Source: a virus (lineage: Duplodnaviria > Caudoviricetes). Taken from it: 34,762 nt of DNA. The stretch spans positions 1-34,762 of the IMG/VR virus record IMGVR_UViG_3300020045_003800. One strand, 5' to 3'. Positions 1 through 8,117 of this stretch are shown here, piece after piece (positions within the stretch are counted from its first letter, which is position 1; each line of letters starts with the position of its first letter). Under the pieces are notes generated by a model. The model was given only the letters and a program-made list of their open reading frames with translations, did not search any database and was not told the DNA's origin. Both the position numbers and the translations under genes were made by a program.

Positions 1-121
1 TCGTTTGCATAGTCAAAAAGACACACTTTTAATTCTTTGTGCCAACCCGCCATATTTTCACCACCTAGCAAAAATAAATTAACCGCTGCACCTGTCGGAT
101 AGGTATGAATTTCAGTAATAA
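1..121. repeat. Terminal direct repeat (copy 1), circular-assembly overlap
   Basis: 1-121 is identical to 34642-34762 (tcgtttgcatag...ttcagtaataa). Confidence 0.97.
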
Positions 122-317
122 AGACCGCTGCCATTTCGCCCTTTACTTCGTCAAATATCATCCACGCCTGACGAGTGCCATCAATCAAAGATAAGAGAAT
201 CACATCGACGGGAAAACGCTCTATTGTCGAACCCCTGACCAATGGTTTCATAATGTTTTCTCGAATAGCGAGCCAGATATTAGCAACCTCACTTTTGTCG
301 ATTTTGTAAATCATCAT
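1..317 (-). CDS. 5' part of a junction-spanning ~141 aa protein, GNAT-like fold probable, late operon
   Basis: Manual translation: ATG at 317 (ATGA overlap with upstream stop), MMIYKIDKSEVANIWLAIRENIM...LFLLGGENMAGWHKEL..., continuing through the repeat into 34641-34533 (GARWLDTYSRRGFWK..SIEL*). Absent from the ORF track because it is split. Confidence 0.8.
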   Translation of the reverse strand, partial: MMIYKIDKSEVANIWLAIRENIMKPLVRGSTIERFPVDVILLSLIDGTRQAWMIFDEVKGEMAAVFITEIHTYPTGAAVNLFLLGGENMAGWHKELKVCLFDYAN

Positions 318-586
318 CCTAAATCCACCCACGCGCCACCACGATAACCCACGAACCGCTTGCCTAGTGCAACTGGATTCCAATTTGCACCGTCAGCAAG
401 TCGAATATCACCTTCTCGCGGCTTTGTTGGTGCAACATTCGTCACATCAATATGACCTGTTGCCAGTTGCATGATTGCGTTTTGAATTGCTTGAAACTCG
501 CCTTGTAAATACCGCTGCAAATCTGCCGTGTTTAGCGGTACAGGTGCAGGGGAATAAAAAACACTGTTGCTGTTGTTTGCTTGCAT
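314..586 (-). CDS. Small virion/tail-associated protein
   Basis: 90 aa ORF translationally coupled to both neighbours in the tail module; PTKPREGDIRLADGANWNP motif. Confidence 0.7.
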   Translation of the reverse strand: MQANNSNSVFYSPAPVPLNTADLQRYLQGEFQAIQNAIMQLATGHIDVTNVAPTKPREGDIRLADGANWNPVALGKRFVGYRGGAWVDLG

Positions 587-2136
587 TACCAGTTGCCTTG
601 TTGTTCTACGTCAATATCTAAAGAATCCAACCGCCATTGATAGGCAGTTCCCGTTGAAAATCGAATTGCAATGTAACGCCCATTAACTAAACAATCATTC
701 GCAATCGTTTGACCGATAACGTGATTCATGACTTCGCCCCAGACGGGTTCAGTAAACGGGTCGGTTTGTGAACCCACTTGAATTTGTACCGTTTCGCCTA
801 CACCGCCTCGAATGCGTGGGCGAATGCCGCGCACTAATTTCATACCTTCGGGCATATCAAACGACAAGCCACGCCGTTCTAAATACGCATTCGGAATCAC
901 GCCATCAAACGAACTCGACGCATCGAGCATATAGAGTTTAGTGTTAGAACTGCCTGAAATAATTCGCGCTGATGACGGAACGAAATCGCCACCGTCCCAC
1001 AGTGACAAATCCGAACCCCAAGGCGAACTGTCTTGCGACCAATTACCAGTTAAGCCGTTATCAACCGAGCCATAAGCGGCATGGTTTAAATTAGGCAAAT
1101 CACGCGCCGAAACGGTTTTATCTTTGTAATTATAAACGATTGCTTTATCGCATGATGTTGAACCGATTTGTGGATAACAAATATAAACTTCATTAAAGAA
1201 CGGGTTCGAAAATACAAAGCATTTACCGTAACTGTTCACGTCTATGTTTTGAAATAACCAACGTCGCGTGGCTTTATCCAGTACAGAATCAGCCTGATTG
1301 CCATCGTGAATGATAATGTCATTATTGGTTAAAACCACATGAGAACCGTCGATGTCAGCAATGCAATTTCGATTCATTGCGCCCGATTTGCCGAGGACTT
1401 TGGTGAATTTGAAAATGTAATTGCCACCAATAAAGTCCATGCGCCAAACGGATTGCTCTTTGTAGATAATGAACGAATCACGCAATTGCATTCCGTCCAC
1501 AATCGGATCATATCCTTCTGCAATATCGGCTTCACCTGCTTGCTTGGTTGCATCTGCTTCATTCCATGATGACGGCAATCCACCTGGGTCGGCAGGATGT
1601 GACCATTTCACCATGTAAGGATAAGAAACGCCCGACTTCGTGATATTTAACGCAATCAAGAAATTCTTAAATGCGCGAAGTGATTTACACGAAACCCCTG
1701 CTTGCCAGTTAGTCAAATCAACAAATTTTGCGCCCAAACTTAATGACCACGCCATCGGAACGGATGTATCACCTGCGTTCACGATAGGCACACCTGAAAG
1801 CAATGTGCTTGTCCATTGATTTGTTACGCCTGTGCGTGGTGTTAAATGCGTAATATCGGTATGAACTGAAACGCCAGCCGTATTGGTTACTGCAAAGGCT
1901 TTAGTTGGTGTTAAATAAACCCAATAACGACCACCAGCCACATTGCACGGTAAAACGTGTTGTGGTTCATAGGTTGGTGAATTATAAACCTCGCCATGAC
2001 CTAGAAATTGATAAGCATAACCGTCTAAAAACCGTATATTTTGACAATCCGTCCACGCGCCTAATGGCAATTCATGTGCGGACAAGTCACGGTTTAAGCC
2101 GATTGCACCCGCGTTTTTAATCTTAACGAGTGGCAT
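586..2136 (-). CDS. Tail tube/nozzle (P22 gp10-like DNA stabilisation) protein
   Basis: 516 aa, beta-rich, with VKWS..DP..W, GEADI..IVDG and CFVFSNPFFNEVYICYP patterns typical of podovirus nozzle proteins; position. Confidence 0.7.
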   Translation of the reverse strand: MPLVKIKNAGAIGLNRDLSAHELPLGAWTDCQNIRFLDGYAYQFLGHGEVYNSPTYEPQHVLPCNVAGGRYWVYLTPTKAFAVTNTAGVSVHTDITHLTPRTGVTNQWTSTLLSGVPIVNAGDTSVPMAWSLSLGAKFVDLTNWQAGVSCKSLRAFKNFLIALNITKSGVSYPYMVKWSHPADPGGLPSSWNEADATKQAGEADIAEGYDPIVDGMQLRDSFIIYKEQSVWRMDFIGGNYIFKFTKVLGKSGAMNRNCIADIDGSHVVLTNNDIIIHDGNQADSVLDKATRRWLFQNIDVNSYGKCFVFSNPFFNEVYICYPQIGSTSCDKAIVYNYKDKTVSARDLPNLNHAAYGSVDNGLTGNWSQDSSPWGSDLSLWDGGDFVPSSARIISGSSNTKLYMLDASSSFDGVIPNAYLERRGLSFDMPEGMKLVRGIRPRIRGGVGETVQIQVGSQTDPFTEPVWGEVMNHVIGQTIANDCLVNGRYIAIRFSTGTAYQWRLDSLDIDVEQQGNW

Positions 2137-2431
2137 AAGCGATTGCTCGAATTGGTAAATAAAGCAACAAACAGCCTAAGCGAGCAATGACGGAAACACG
2201 TTTGAAATTATCTGTGTAATCAGTATCGTTATCAGCTAAAAACGAATCTTCACAATGATTCAGTTCGATTGGTGCAAATGTGTAATCGACAAGCCATTTA
2301 ATTTCATGCCATTTATCATCATTGATTGCCATTGCGCCGATATGCCCCGAAATAGTGCAGTCACAATTCCCACCAGCCAGCGTATTAAAAAACTGGTCAA
2401 TACTGACTAAAAGATTAAGCCAGAATTTCAT
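2123..2431 (-). CDS. Hypothetical phage protein
   Basis: 102 aa; SIDQFFNTLAGG..DCTIS...HC pattern common in small tail-region genes; overlapping start/stop with neighbours. Confidence 0.7.
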   Translation of the reverse strand: MKFWLNLLVSIDQFFNTLAGGNCDCTISGHIGAMAINDDKWHEIKWLVDYTFAPIELNHCEDSFLADNDTDYTDNFKRVSVIARLGCLLLYLPIRAIAYATR

Positions 2432-2946
2432 AATTTAGCCGCCTCAATAAAAAACAAATCCATTTCACTATCCGTCATACTTAAAGCCGATTGCAAATGT
2501 AAAACCAGCGGATTATCACGCCTAACATCCGCTGCGAACTCCCACTCGATTTGTGCCGATTGTGACATTGCCATAATAGACGAGTTCACAGTGTCTAAAA
2601 GGTTCATTGCTAAGAGTTGCAATCGTGCTTGACGCATGGAAATTGAATGAGGTGTTGGATGTGCTAATTTATAATTCGCGGCAATTTCGGCTTGTGTAAG
2701 CGCAACAATTTCATGTGTGACAGATACGGTTTTTGTTTCAAAATTAGGCGTTAGGATTTCATTGCCGTACTTGTATGTTTCGTTGTTAATCGGCGCATCA
2801 TCATACGTTTCTTGCCACCATGCACAATCTTGAACGCCGAGCTGTTCGTCTGTCCACGTTAAATCAACGAGTGATTCTGGTAATAAACCTTGTAAGAAAA
2901 CAGGTATCGGTTCGCGTGTTGCTGTGTTATTTTGTATTTTTATCAT
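2428..2946 (-). CDS. Tail fibre assembly/chaperone-like protein
   Basis: 172 aa directly after the fibre genes; C-terminal SISMRQARLQL...IEWEFA..V.R..PLV...MDLFFIEAAKL pattern. Confidence 0.65.
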   Translation of the reverse strand: MIKIQNNTATREPIPVFLQGLLPESLVDLTWTDEQLGVQDCAWWQETYDDAPINNETYKYGNEILTPNFETKTVSVTHEIVALTQAEIAANYKLAHPTPHSISMRQARLQLLAMNLLDTVNSSIMAMSQSAQIEWEFAADVRRDNPLVLHLQSALSMTDSEMDLFFIEAAKL

Positions 2947-2947
2947 C

Positions 2948-4237
2948 TTAACCCGTTGTCGCTAGACATAATCTAAAAAGTTGCATCACGCCCGCTAAGT
3001 CAATCATTCCAATAAAAGATGATTTTAATTTAGCACCTGTTAATAGCTTGGGAATAAAAATTCGACTAATTGATTCCGTTATTATTTTCTTTGGCTTTAT
3101 AGAAAAACTAACCGTATTTGACGCATCTATTTTCAGCGTTGAGCAAATTAAAGACGATGTTGTTAAGTAACCACCGAGCAAATAAGTTCCGTCGATACAC
3201 GGTATTAAAAAACTCTGACATCTTCCATTTTGCAATAAATAATAAGATGGCGTAATAACTGTGTCGCTTATTGTATTTACCGTGCTACCCGTGAATTCAA
3301 CGATTTTAGCACCTGTGATAACAGTCGGGGTTTGCCCTAAGTCTGCTCGGACATATACAACCAGTGCTGCAATGTCTGATATTCTGCATGGTATTGGAGG
3401 GGTGGTACTTGATGAATTTAGAGGTAATGCGACTGATGTAGATTTCGTTATCGTTGTTCCAGAAAGCGTAAATGCTTGCATATAACAAGTCGTCGCTGAT
3501 GATACAACTGTATATAAAAAAGAGGTATTCGACAGTTTTATCAAATTAGATTTGTTGTCGGTATCCCCATTCGTTAAACAGGTTGCAAACGCACTTCCAC
3601 TATTTGTAGCAAGCGTGATAACAGGTGTTGCGCCGTTGCAGTCAATTATTCTTACTTCTGGTGTTGTTGAAGCGTATGGAAATGACATCAAAAGAGCTGT
3701 GTTATTGCCAATTTCAATCAGGTGATACGGATAAACAGATATAGCGGCTGTTTCTGTGATAGTACCGACTGTTGGTGTTGTTGTGGATGTGTATAAAATC
3801 CACGCGCCTAGCTTATTAGTATTTTCAGTTGCAACAAGCAACACCTTGTTATTTCCTAAATTACATAATAATGCGCTCGCGCCTGTTCCGCTAGTTAGTG
3901 GAACAGTTATGGGGCTTCCCAGTAAAATTAAGCTCGGATTGAAAGACCCTCCCGCTCCAGTAGATGAATTATCATAAGTAAATCTCCTGAGAGATAAGTT
4001 TGTAATGTTAGGGAGTGAAGCTGCAAGATAGGTTCCATCGCCTAATTCAATGCAAGATGGTACTCCAGCCATAGTTCCGCCGCCGCCCTCGCTTACAATG
4101 GTTGATGTGGGCGACTCAAAAACAAAGCTATCGGCTGTTGATGCTACCGTCGAAATCACGCTTTTCCTCACAGGCAATCCACCAAAACCCCCACCTACAT
4201 TCGCACTCAACTGCCCCGTATAAGGATAAGCACTCAT
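2948..4237 (-). CDS. Putative receptor-binding/tail fibre protein (Ser/Thr-rich, beta-rich)
   Basis: Long ORF; likely start MSAYPYTG at 4237, just after the upstream stop; repeated beta-strand blocks; located in tail module. Confidence 0.6.
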   Translation of the reverse strand: MSAYPYTGQLSANVGGGFGGLPVRKSVISTVASTADSFVFESPTSTIVSEGGGGTMAGVPSCIELGDGTYLAASLPNITNLSLRRFTYDNSSTGAGGSFNPSLILLGSPITVPLTSGTGASALLCNLGNNKVLLVATENTNKLGAWILYTSTTTPTVGTITETAAISVYPYHLIEIGNNTALLMSFPYASTTPEVRIIDCNGATPVITLATNSGSAFATCLTNGDTDNKSNLIKLSNTSFLYTVVSSATTCYMQAFTLSGTTITKSTSVALPLNSSSTTPPIPCRISDIAALVVYVRADLGQTPTVITGAKIVEFTGSTVNTISDTVITPSYYLLQNGRCQSFLIPCIDGTYLLGGYLTTSSLICSTLKIDASNTVSFSIKPKKIITESISRIFIPKLLTGAKLKSSFIGMIDLAGVMQLFRLCLATTG

Positions 4238-4238
4238 C

Positions 4239-4685
4239 TTAGAAATCCGTGTAACGTGCGTTGAACATGATGCCAGCCGCCAATGTGACGCCAATACCGA
4301 CATAGAGTTTTTCATTTGCCGCCAAGCGCATTGGTGCAGATTCGCTAATTACTGTGCCGTCTGCGTGCTTAAACACAGTTCGAGCATTTTCAGTTGTTGC
4401 GGCAAGCGTATAGGCAGGTAATAGCGCGGATGCAATCAAGTTTTTAGTTGTGCCGCCGTCCGTTGATGACCATAACCATAATGCCGTTGCCGTCACCGTT
4501 GCGCGTGGAATTGCTGTCAAACTTGAAAGAATCGAACCGTCTGCTCCAGCCGTGCATAACAAAACTGAATTAGTGACGGTTGTAGATTGCTCAACGCCAT
4601 TTGTTGTTAGTGATACTGCTGTTGTAGCGACTGCACTAGCCGTCTGTGGTGTTTGTGCAAAAGGTGCTGTAAATGTTTTAGCCAT
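4239..4685 (-). CDS. Tail-associated structural protein
   Basis: 148 aa with AAGGA SD; TAGADGS and terminal YTDF pattern; tail module. Confidence 0.7.
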   Translation of the reverse strand: MAKTFTAPFAQTPQTASAVATTAVSLTTNGVEQSTTVTNSVLLCTAGADGSILSSLTAIPRATVTATALWLWSSTDGGTTKNLIASALLPAYTLAATTENARTVFKHADGTVISESAPMRLAANEKLYVGIGVTLAAGIMFNARYTDF

Positions 4686-4695
4686 GATTTAATCC

Positions 4696-5097
4696 TTAAA
4701 AATAAAGTGCGACCGCGTGAAATTGTGGCGTTAAATCCTGCCAGCTTGCTATTGTGCCGTCTGTTTTAATAACTTTTCCTGCGTTGCCAGCTTGACCAGG
4801 TAATGCGGTAGACATTGCAATTCCTGCAACATAAGTTTGCGTTGCTAAATCGTTAATATCTGCGGTTGTTCGCGTAACGCCATTTAATTTATTTAATTCG
4901 GCGGTTGTGCTTAATAATCCGCTTAATTTATTGATTTCGGTATGCGTTGCTGTAATCGCACCAGTAATTGCCGTGAATGTATTTTTAATTGCTGATTTAA
5001 TCAGTCGTAAATGGTCATCACCCTGCGATTTCGCATCGGCGGCAGTTGGATTGGTAACGACTAAATCACTAATGTATGTGCCTGTTTCAAGTGCCAT
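4696..5097 (-). CDS. Tail fibre N-terminal/attachment protein
   Basis: MALETGTYISDLVVTNPT..D.KSQGDDHLRLIKS resembles fibre N-termini in this phage type; TAELNKL-like repeats. Confidence 0.7.
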   Translation of the reverse strand: MALETGTYISDLVVTNPTAADAKSQGDDHLRLIKSAIKNTFTAITGAITATHTEINKLSGLLSTTAELNKLNGVTRTTADINDLATQTYVAGIAMSTALPGQAGNAGKVIKTDGTIASWQDLTPQFHAVALYF

Positions 5098-5101
5098 TTA
5101 T

Positions 5102-5728
5102 TTACCCCGCAATGATACTAAAGCGTGAATGTCTGACGTTTTCAGTCGTCAATAGTGTATTTTTTGAGCTGTTTTCGTTGGTTTGCGCTTCGACAATCGC
5201 CGTATCAAACTTTTGTTGCCAAATCGGTAACTGCGCTGAATCACGAATAAAACTAGCTGCTTCAATCAATGCCCCGAATAAATAAATGTCGGGGTAATTT
5301 GTCAAAATGTAGTTAGTATTCGTGGCGGCGATGTTGACATCTTGAACATAACGCAACGTCAACGGATAAGCTGCGTCCGCAATTCTATCGAGTTGAATTT
5401 GACCGTCTTTGATTGCCCAATACGTCGGATAAGCTGCAATCGGAACGTAACCAAGCTCAACGGGAAGTTTCAAAATCAATGCTTGACGCGGTACAAATGA
5501 TTCAAGCCATAACGCAATCGGCGCACCAAAATCGGCGGGTAAATCAATAAACGCACTGCCTGATGTTGCAGTCAATGTGCTGTCGATTTCAGTACCACGA
5601 GCCGTAAATAATCGGTTAATCCGTGATTCTGCCAACGCAATAAAATCAGGAATTACCGCCGTTAAATCGCTACGATGCAGCCAATTCGCTATCGACGTTT
5701 GCAGTTCCGAGTAATTCGCCATTGCCAT
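5102..5728 (-). CDS. Head-tail adaptor protein
   Basis: NYSELQTSIANWLHRSDLT..IPDFIALAESRINR and TNYILTNYPDIYLFGALIEAA motifs; GGAG SD 6 nt before ATG 5728. Confidence 0.8.
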   Translation of the reverse strand: MAMANYSELQTSIANWLHRSDLTAVIPDFIALAESRINRLFTARGTEIDSTLTATSGSAFIDLPADFGAPIALWLESFVPRQALILKLPVELGYVPIAAYPTYWAIKDGQIQLDRIADAAYPLTLRYVQDVNIAATNTNYILTNYPDIYLFGALIEAASFIRDSAQLPIWQQKFDTAIVEAQTNENSSKNTLLTTENVRHSRFSIIAG

Positions 5729-5900
5729 CGTCAACTCCTAATGCGGTTTGTTTTTTTGATTTTTTAACGGGTTCTTTTAAATCGCTGTAATTCACAAAAC
5801 CGTCTTGTTGTGCAGCGAATTCTTGTTCCGAATCGTCAACAACTTTTGTGGTGTAGTTTTCGGGTTCGCCTTTGTATAAAGCCTTTGGATATTCAATCAT
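5670..5900 (-). CDS. Small hypothetical protein downstream of coat
   Basis: GAGGA SD; MIEYPKALYKG start; typical post-capsid small gene. Confidence 0.65.
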   Translation of the reverse strand: MIEYPKALYKGEPENYTTKVVDDSEQEFAAQQDGFVNYSDLKEPVKKSKKQTALGVDDGNGELLGTANVDSELAAS

Positions 5901-5912
5901 TTTCAATTCCTC

Positions 5913-5940
5913 AAAAACGGGCGTAGTCGAAACTACGCCC
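5913..5940 (-). terminator. Rho-independent terminator after coat gene
   Basis: Minus strand GGGCGTAGT-TTCG-ACTACGCCC-GTTTTT. Confidence 0.85.
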
Positions 5941-5948
5941 TAATTAAC

Positions 5949-7148
5949 TTAGTTGGTGATACGGCACGCCATTTGCGGACGCAGTGTTTTATAACCGTAC
6001 AACACGTCAATACGGCATGGCATCGCATCGTTGTTGATGTCGTAATCACGCACGATACGCATTGAAATGCCGTCATAAACTTCGCGTCGAGCGAAATCTA
6101 CGCCGCTTGGCATAATCAAATCAGCAGTCGCAAAGGCGAAAGCATCTTTATGGAATGCTAAGTTTTGACCGTAACCTGTTGAAGCCGCGCCCACAAAAGT
6201 AATTGCCGCCGCATTAGCTGGTGATGCACTAACCGTTTGTGCTGCACCTGTTACAGTAATCGGTGGGCTAATTGAAAGTGCTTGCGTTACACCCGTCGCC
6301 GTCACGTCAGCCGTTACAACAAATTGCTGTAAGTTAGGCATAGCCGCTTTAGTTTCAGCGTGAACTTGATAAACGCCCGCAATGGTAAAGACCGTTCCCG
6401 CTTTGAACGTATCTGCTGCAACCGATACAACTGTCAAACTTGAACCTGTTTGTGCCGCACCCGAAACCGTCACGCCCGCTACTTTGTTGCCGACAGTATG
6501 CGTTGGTAATAAGGTGTTTTCGTACCAGTCGAAACCAGCCGAACGACCCATCATGCCTTCACGGTATTGTTCCGTAATCGCTTTGGAATCTTGAAACAAA
6601 CCTTTTAACGAGTTCACAATTTCAACGCTTGAAGTGGGTAACAAATGCAACGTGCGATTGTTGTCCATCGGCGTTAGAAATTCGTTTAGTTTTTGTCGTG
6701 CCTGTAAATACACTTTAAGCGCGTCCGTGCCTGTCGGTACTGTACCAGCCGTACCAACTAAGCTGTAAACATCTTTGTACATATTCAGCGCGTCAGCTTC
6801 GATGTTTGCCGCTAAAACTGCCATAGCAGGGTCTAAAATGCGCGAACTAAAGTCGTCAAGTGACATCGTTAATTCAGCACTCGAAAAGTTAATATCCACG
6901 CCTTTTTGCGTTGCAACCTGCAAAGTAGTGCTAGTTTCAGTCGTATCTTGAGCCGCTAAGGTTTTGCCCGTGCGAACCGTGTATTGGTTTGGCAATCTGA
7001 TTTTTAACGTATCGCCAATTTTTGCGCCCGATTTTGCAAACGAGCTGTCGTAAGTTTTGTTAATGTTTCCAATGAAGGTGAGCTTTGAATGAAGCAATCT
7101 CAAGGCTTCTTTGGTAATAATGCTTGATGTTAGTAATGCGTTTGCCAT
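5949..7148 (-). CDS. Major capsid protein (P22 coat-like)
   Basis: 399 aa; MANALLT..IITKEAL, KIGDTLKIRLP, QNLAFHKDAFAFATADL, CRIDVLYG motifs. Confidence 0.92.
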   Translation of the reverse strand: MANALLTSSIITKEALRLLHSKLTFIGNINKTYDSSFAKSGAKIGDTLKIRLPNQYTVRTGKTLAAQDTTETSTTLQVATQKGVDINFSSAELTMSLDDFSSRILDPAMAVLAANIEADALNMYKDVYSLVGTAGTVPTGTDALKVYLQARQKLNEFLTPMDNNRTLHLLPTSSVEIVNSLKGLFQDSKAITEQYREGMMGRSAGFDWYENTLLPTHTVGNKVAGVTVSGAAQTGSSLTVVSVAADTFKAGTVFTIAGVYQVHAETKAAMPNLQQFVVTADVTATGVTQALSISPPITVTGAAQTVSASPANAAAITFVGAASTGYGQNLAFHKDAFAFATADLIMPSGVDFARREVYDGISMRIVRDYDINNDAMPCRIDVLYGYKTLRPQMACRITN

Positions 7149-7174
7149 TTTTTGAAATCCTTAATATGGAATTT

Positions 7175-7188
7175 CTGTCTCTCGACAG
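7175..7188 (-). promoter_or_regulatory. Late-gene leader hairpin (coat)
   Basis: CTGTC-GAGA-GACAG on minus strand, 26 nt before the ATG. Confidence 0.75.
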
Positions 7189-7224
7189 TAGGTGCGCGTG
7201 CCTCGCAGCATGACGCGATTATTT

Positions 7225-8079
7225 TTAACGCTTGTTTTTTCTCAACTGCTGATTTCGTGCTTTCATGAATTCATCGGGTGACATTCGTTCTAAACTTTTT
7301 GCCACGGGTGATCCACTTTTGCCGACTGTTTTTACGGGTGCAGCAGGTGTTGCAGGTGCTTTTGTCATTCCTGCCTTTTGCTTGCTCATTACTTGATGCC
7401 CAATCATTGCCGCGTGTAACGTCTTGATGATTCGCGGGTCGGTAATGGCTTGCAGATGCTCAACTTCATAACCCAGTTCTTTGTGTCCAAAATCAAGAAT
7501 TTTTGCTGCCATGTCAGCACCCCAGCCTGGCAACTCTTTTGATAAAACGGCATGACCTTCTGCGGATGCTTTTGACAATTGAGCGTTGCGTGCCTGTTCA
7601 GCTTGCGCCTCGCTTTGTTGCATCTTGGAAATTGTCGTCTGACGTGTTTCTTTTAACCCTTGAAATTCAAACCAAAGTTGTTGCGCTTGATGCGGGTCTT
7701 GTGCGCTTAACGCTTGCCAGTTCACCTGCTGGAATTGCTGGAGGCGTTCATCAATCTGCATTACTCGCGCAACTTCCTGTACGTTTTCACGCAATACTGT
7801 TTGCAATTGCGCTTGTTGCGCTTCAAAAGATTTGCGTTGCTCTGCTAATGCTTGCGTTTTTTGTGTGTAATCCGCTTGCATCATCAATGCAGGTTTTAAC
7901 GCTTTTGGTACTTTGTACTTCTGCCCGTCGTGTTCGATTTCTTCTTCGTCATCGTCTTCTTCGGATTGCGCGTCATCGTCTAGTTGTTCATCGTCAGAAT
8001 CTAAGTCAATGTCGCTTGCGTCATCGTCTTCGACTGTGTCAAACAATAAATCATCATCGTTTTCTACTTGGTCGCTCAT
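7225..8079 (-). CDS. Scaffolding protein
   Basis: Acidic N-terminus, MMQADYTQKTQALAEQR motif, basic C-terminus; between portal and coat; AAGGA SD before ATG 8079. Confidence 0.85.
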   Translation of the reverse strand: MSDQVENDDDLLFDTVEDDDASDIDLDSDDEQLDDDAQSEEDDDEEEIEHDGQKYKVPKALKPALMMQADYTQKTQALAEQRKSFEAQQAQLQTVLRENVQEVARVMQIDERLQQFQQVNWQALSAQDPHQAQQLWFEFQGLKETRQTTISKMQQSEAQAEQARNAQLSKASAEGHAVLSKELPGWGADMAAKILDFGHKELGYEVEHLQAITDPRIIKTLHAAMIGHQVMSKQKAGMTKAPATPAAPVKTVGKSGSPVAKSLERMSPDEFMKARNQQLRKNKR

Positions 8080-8090
8080 GGTGTTTCCTT

Positions 8091-8105
8091 CTGTCATCTC
8101 GACAG
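8091..8105 (-). promoter_or_regulatory. Late-gene leader hairpin (scaffold)
   Basis: CTGTC-GAGAT-GACAG, 11 nt before the ATG. Confidence 0.75.
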
Positions 8106-8117
8106 TAGTTAAAAAAA

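Noticed and set aside
2948-4237. Diversity-generating retroelement or invertible fibre cassette
   Set aside because: No reverse transcriptase or invertase, and no template/variable repeat pair seen.
7503-8108. 201 aa plus-strand ORF
   Set aside because: Antisense to scaffold, no SD, implausible composition.
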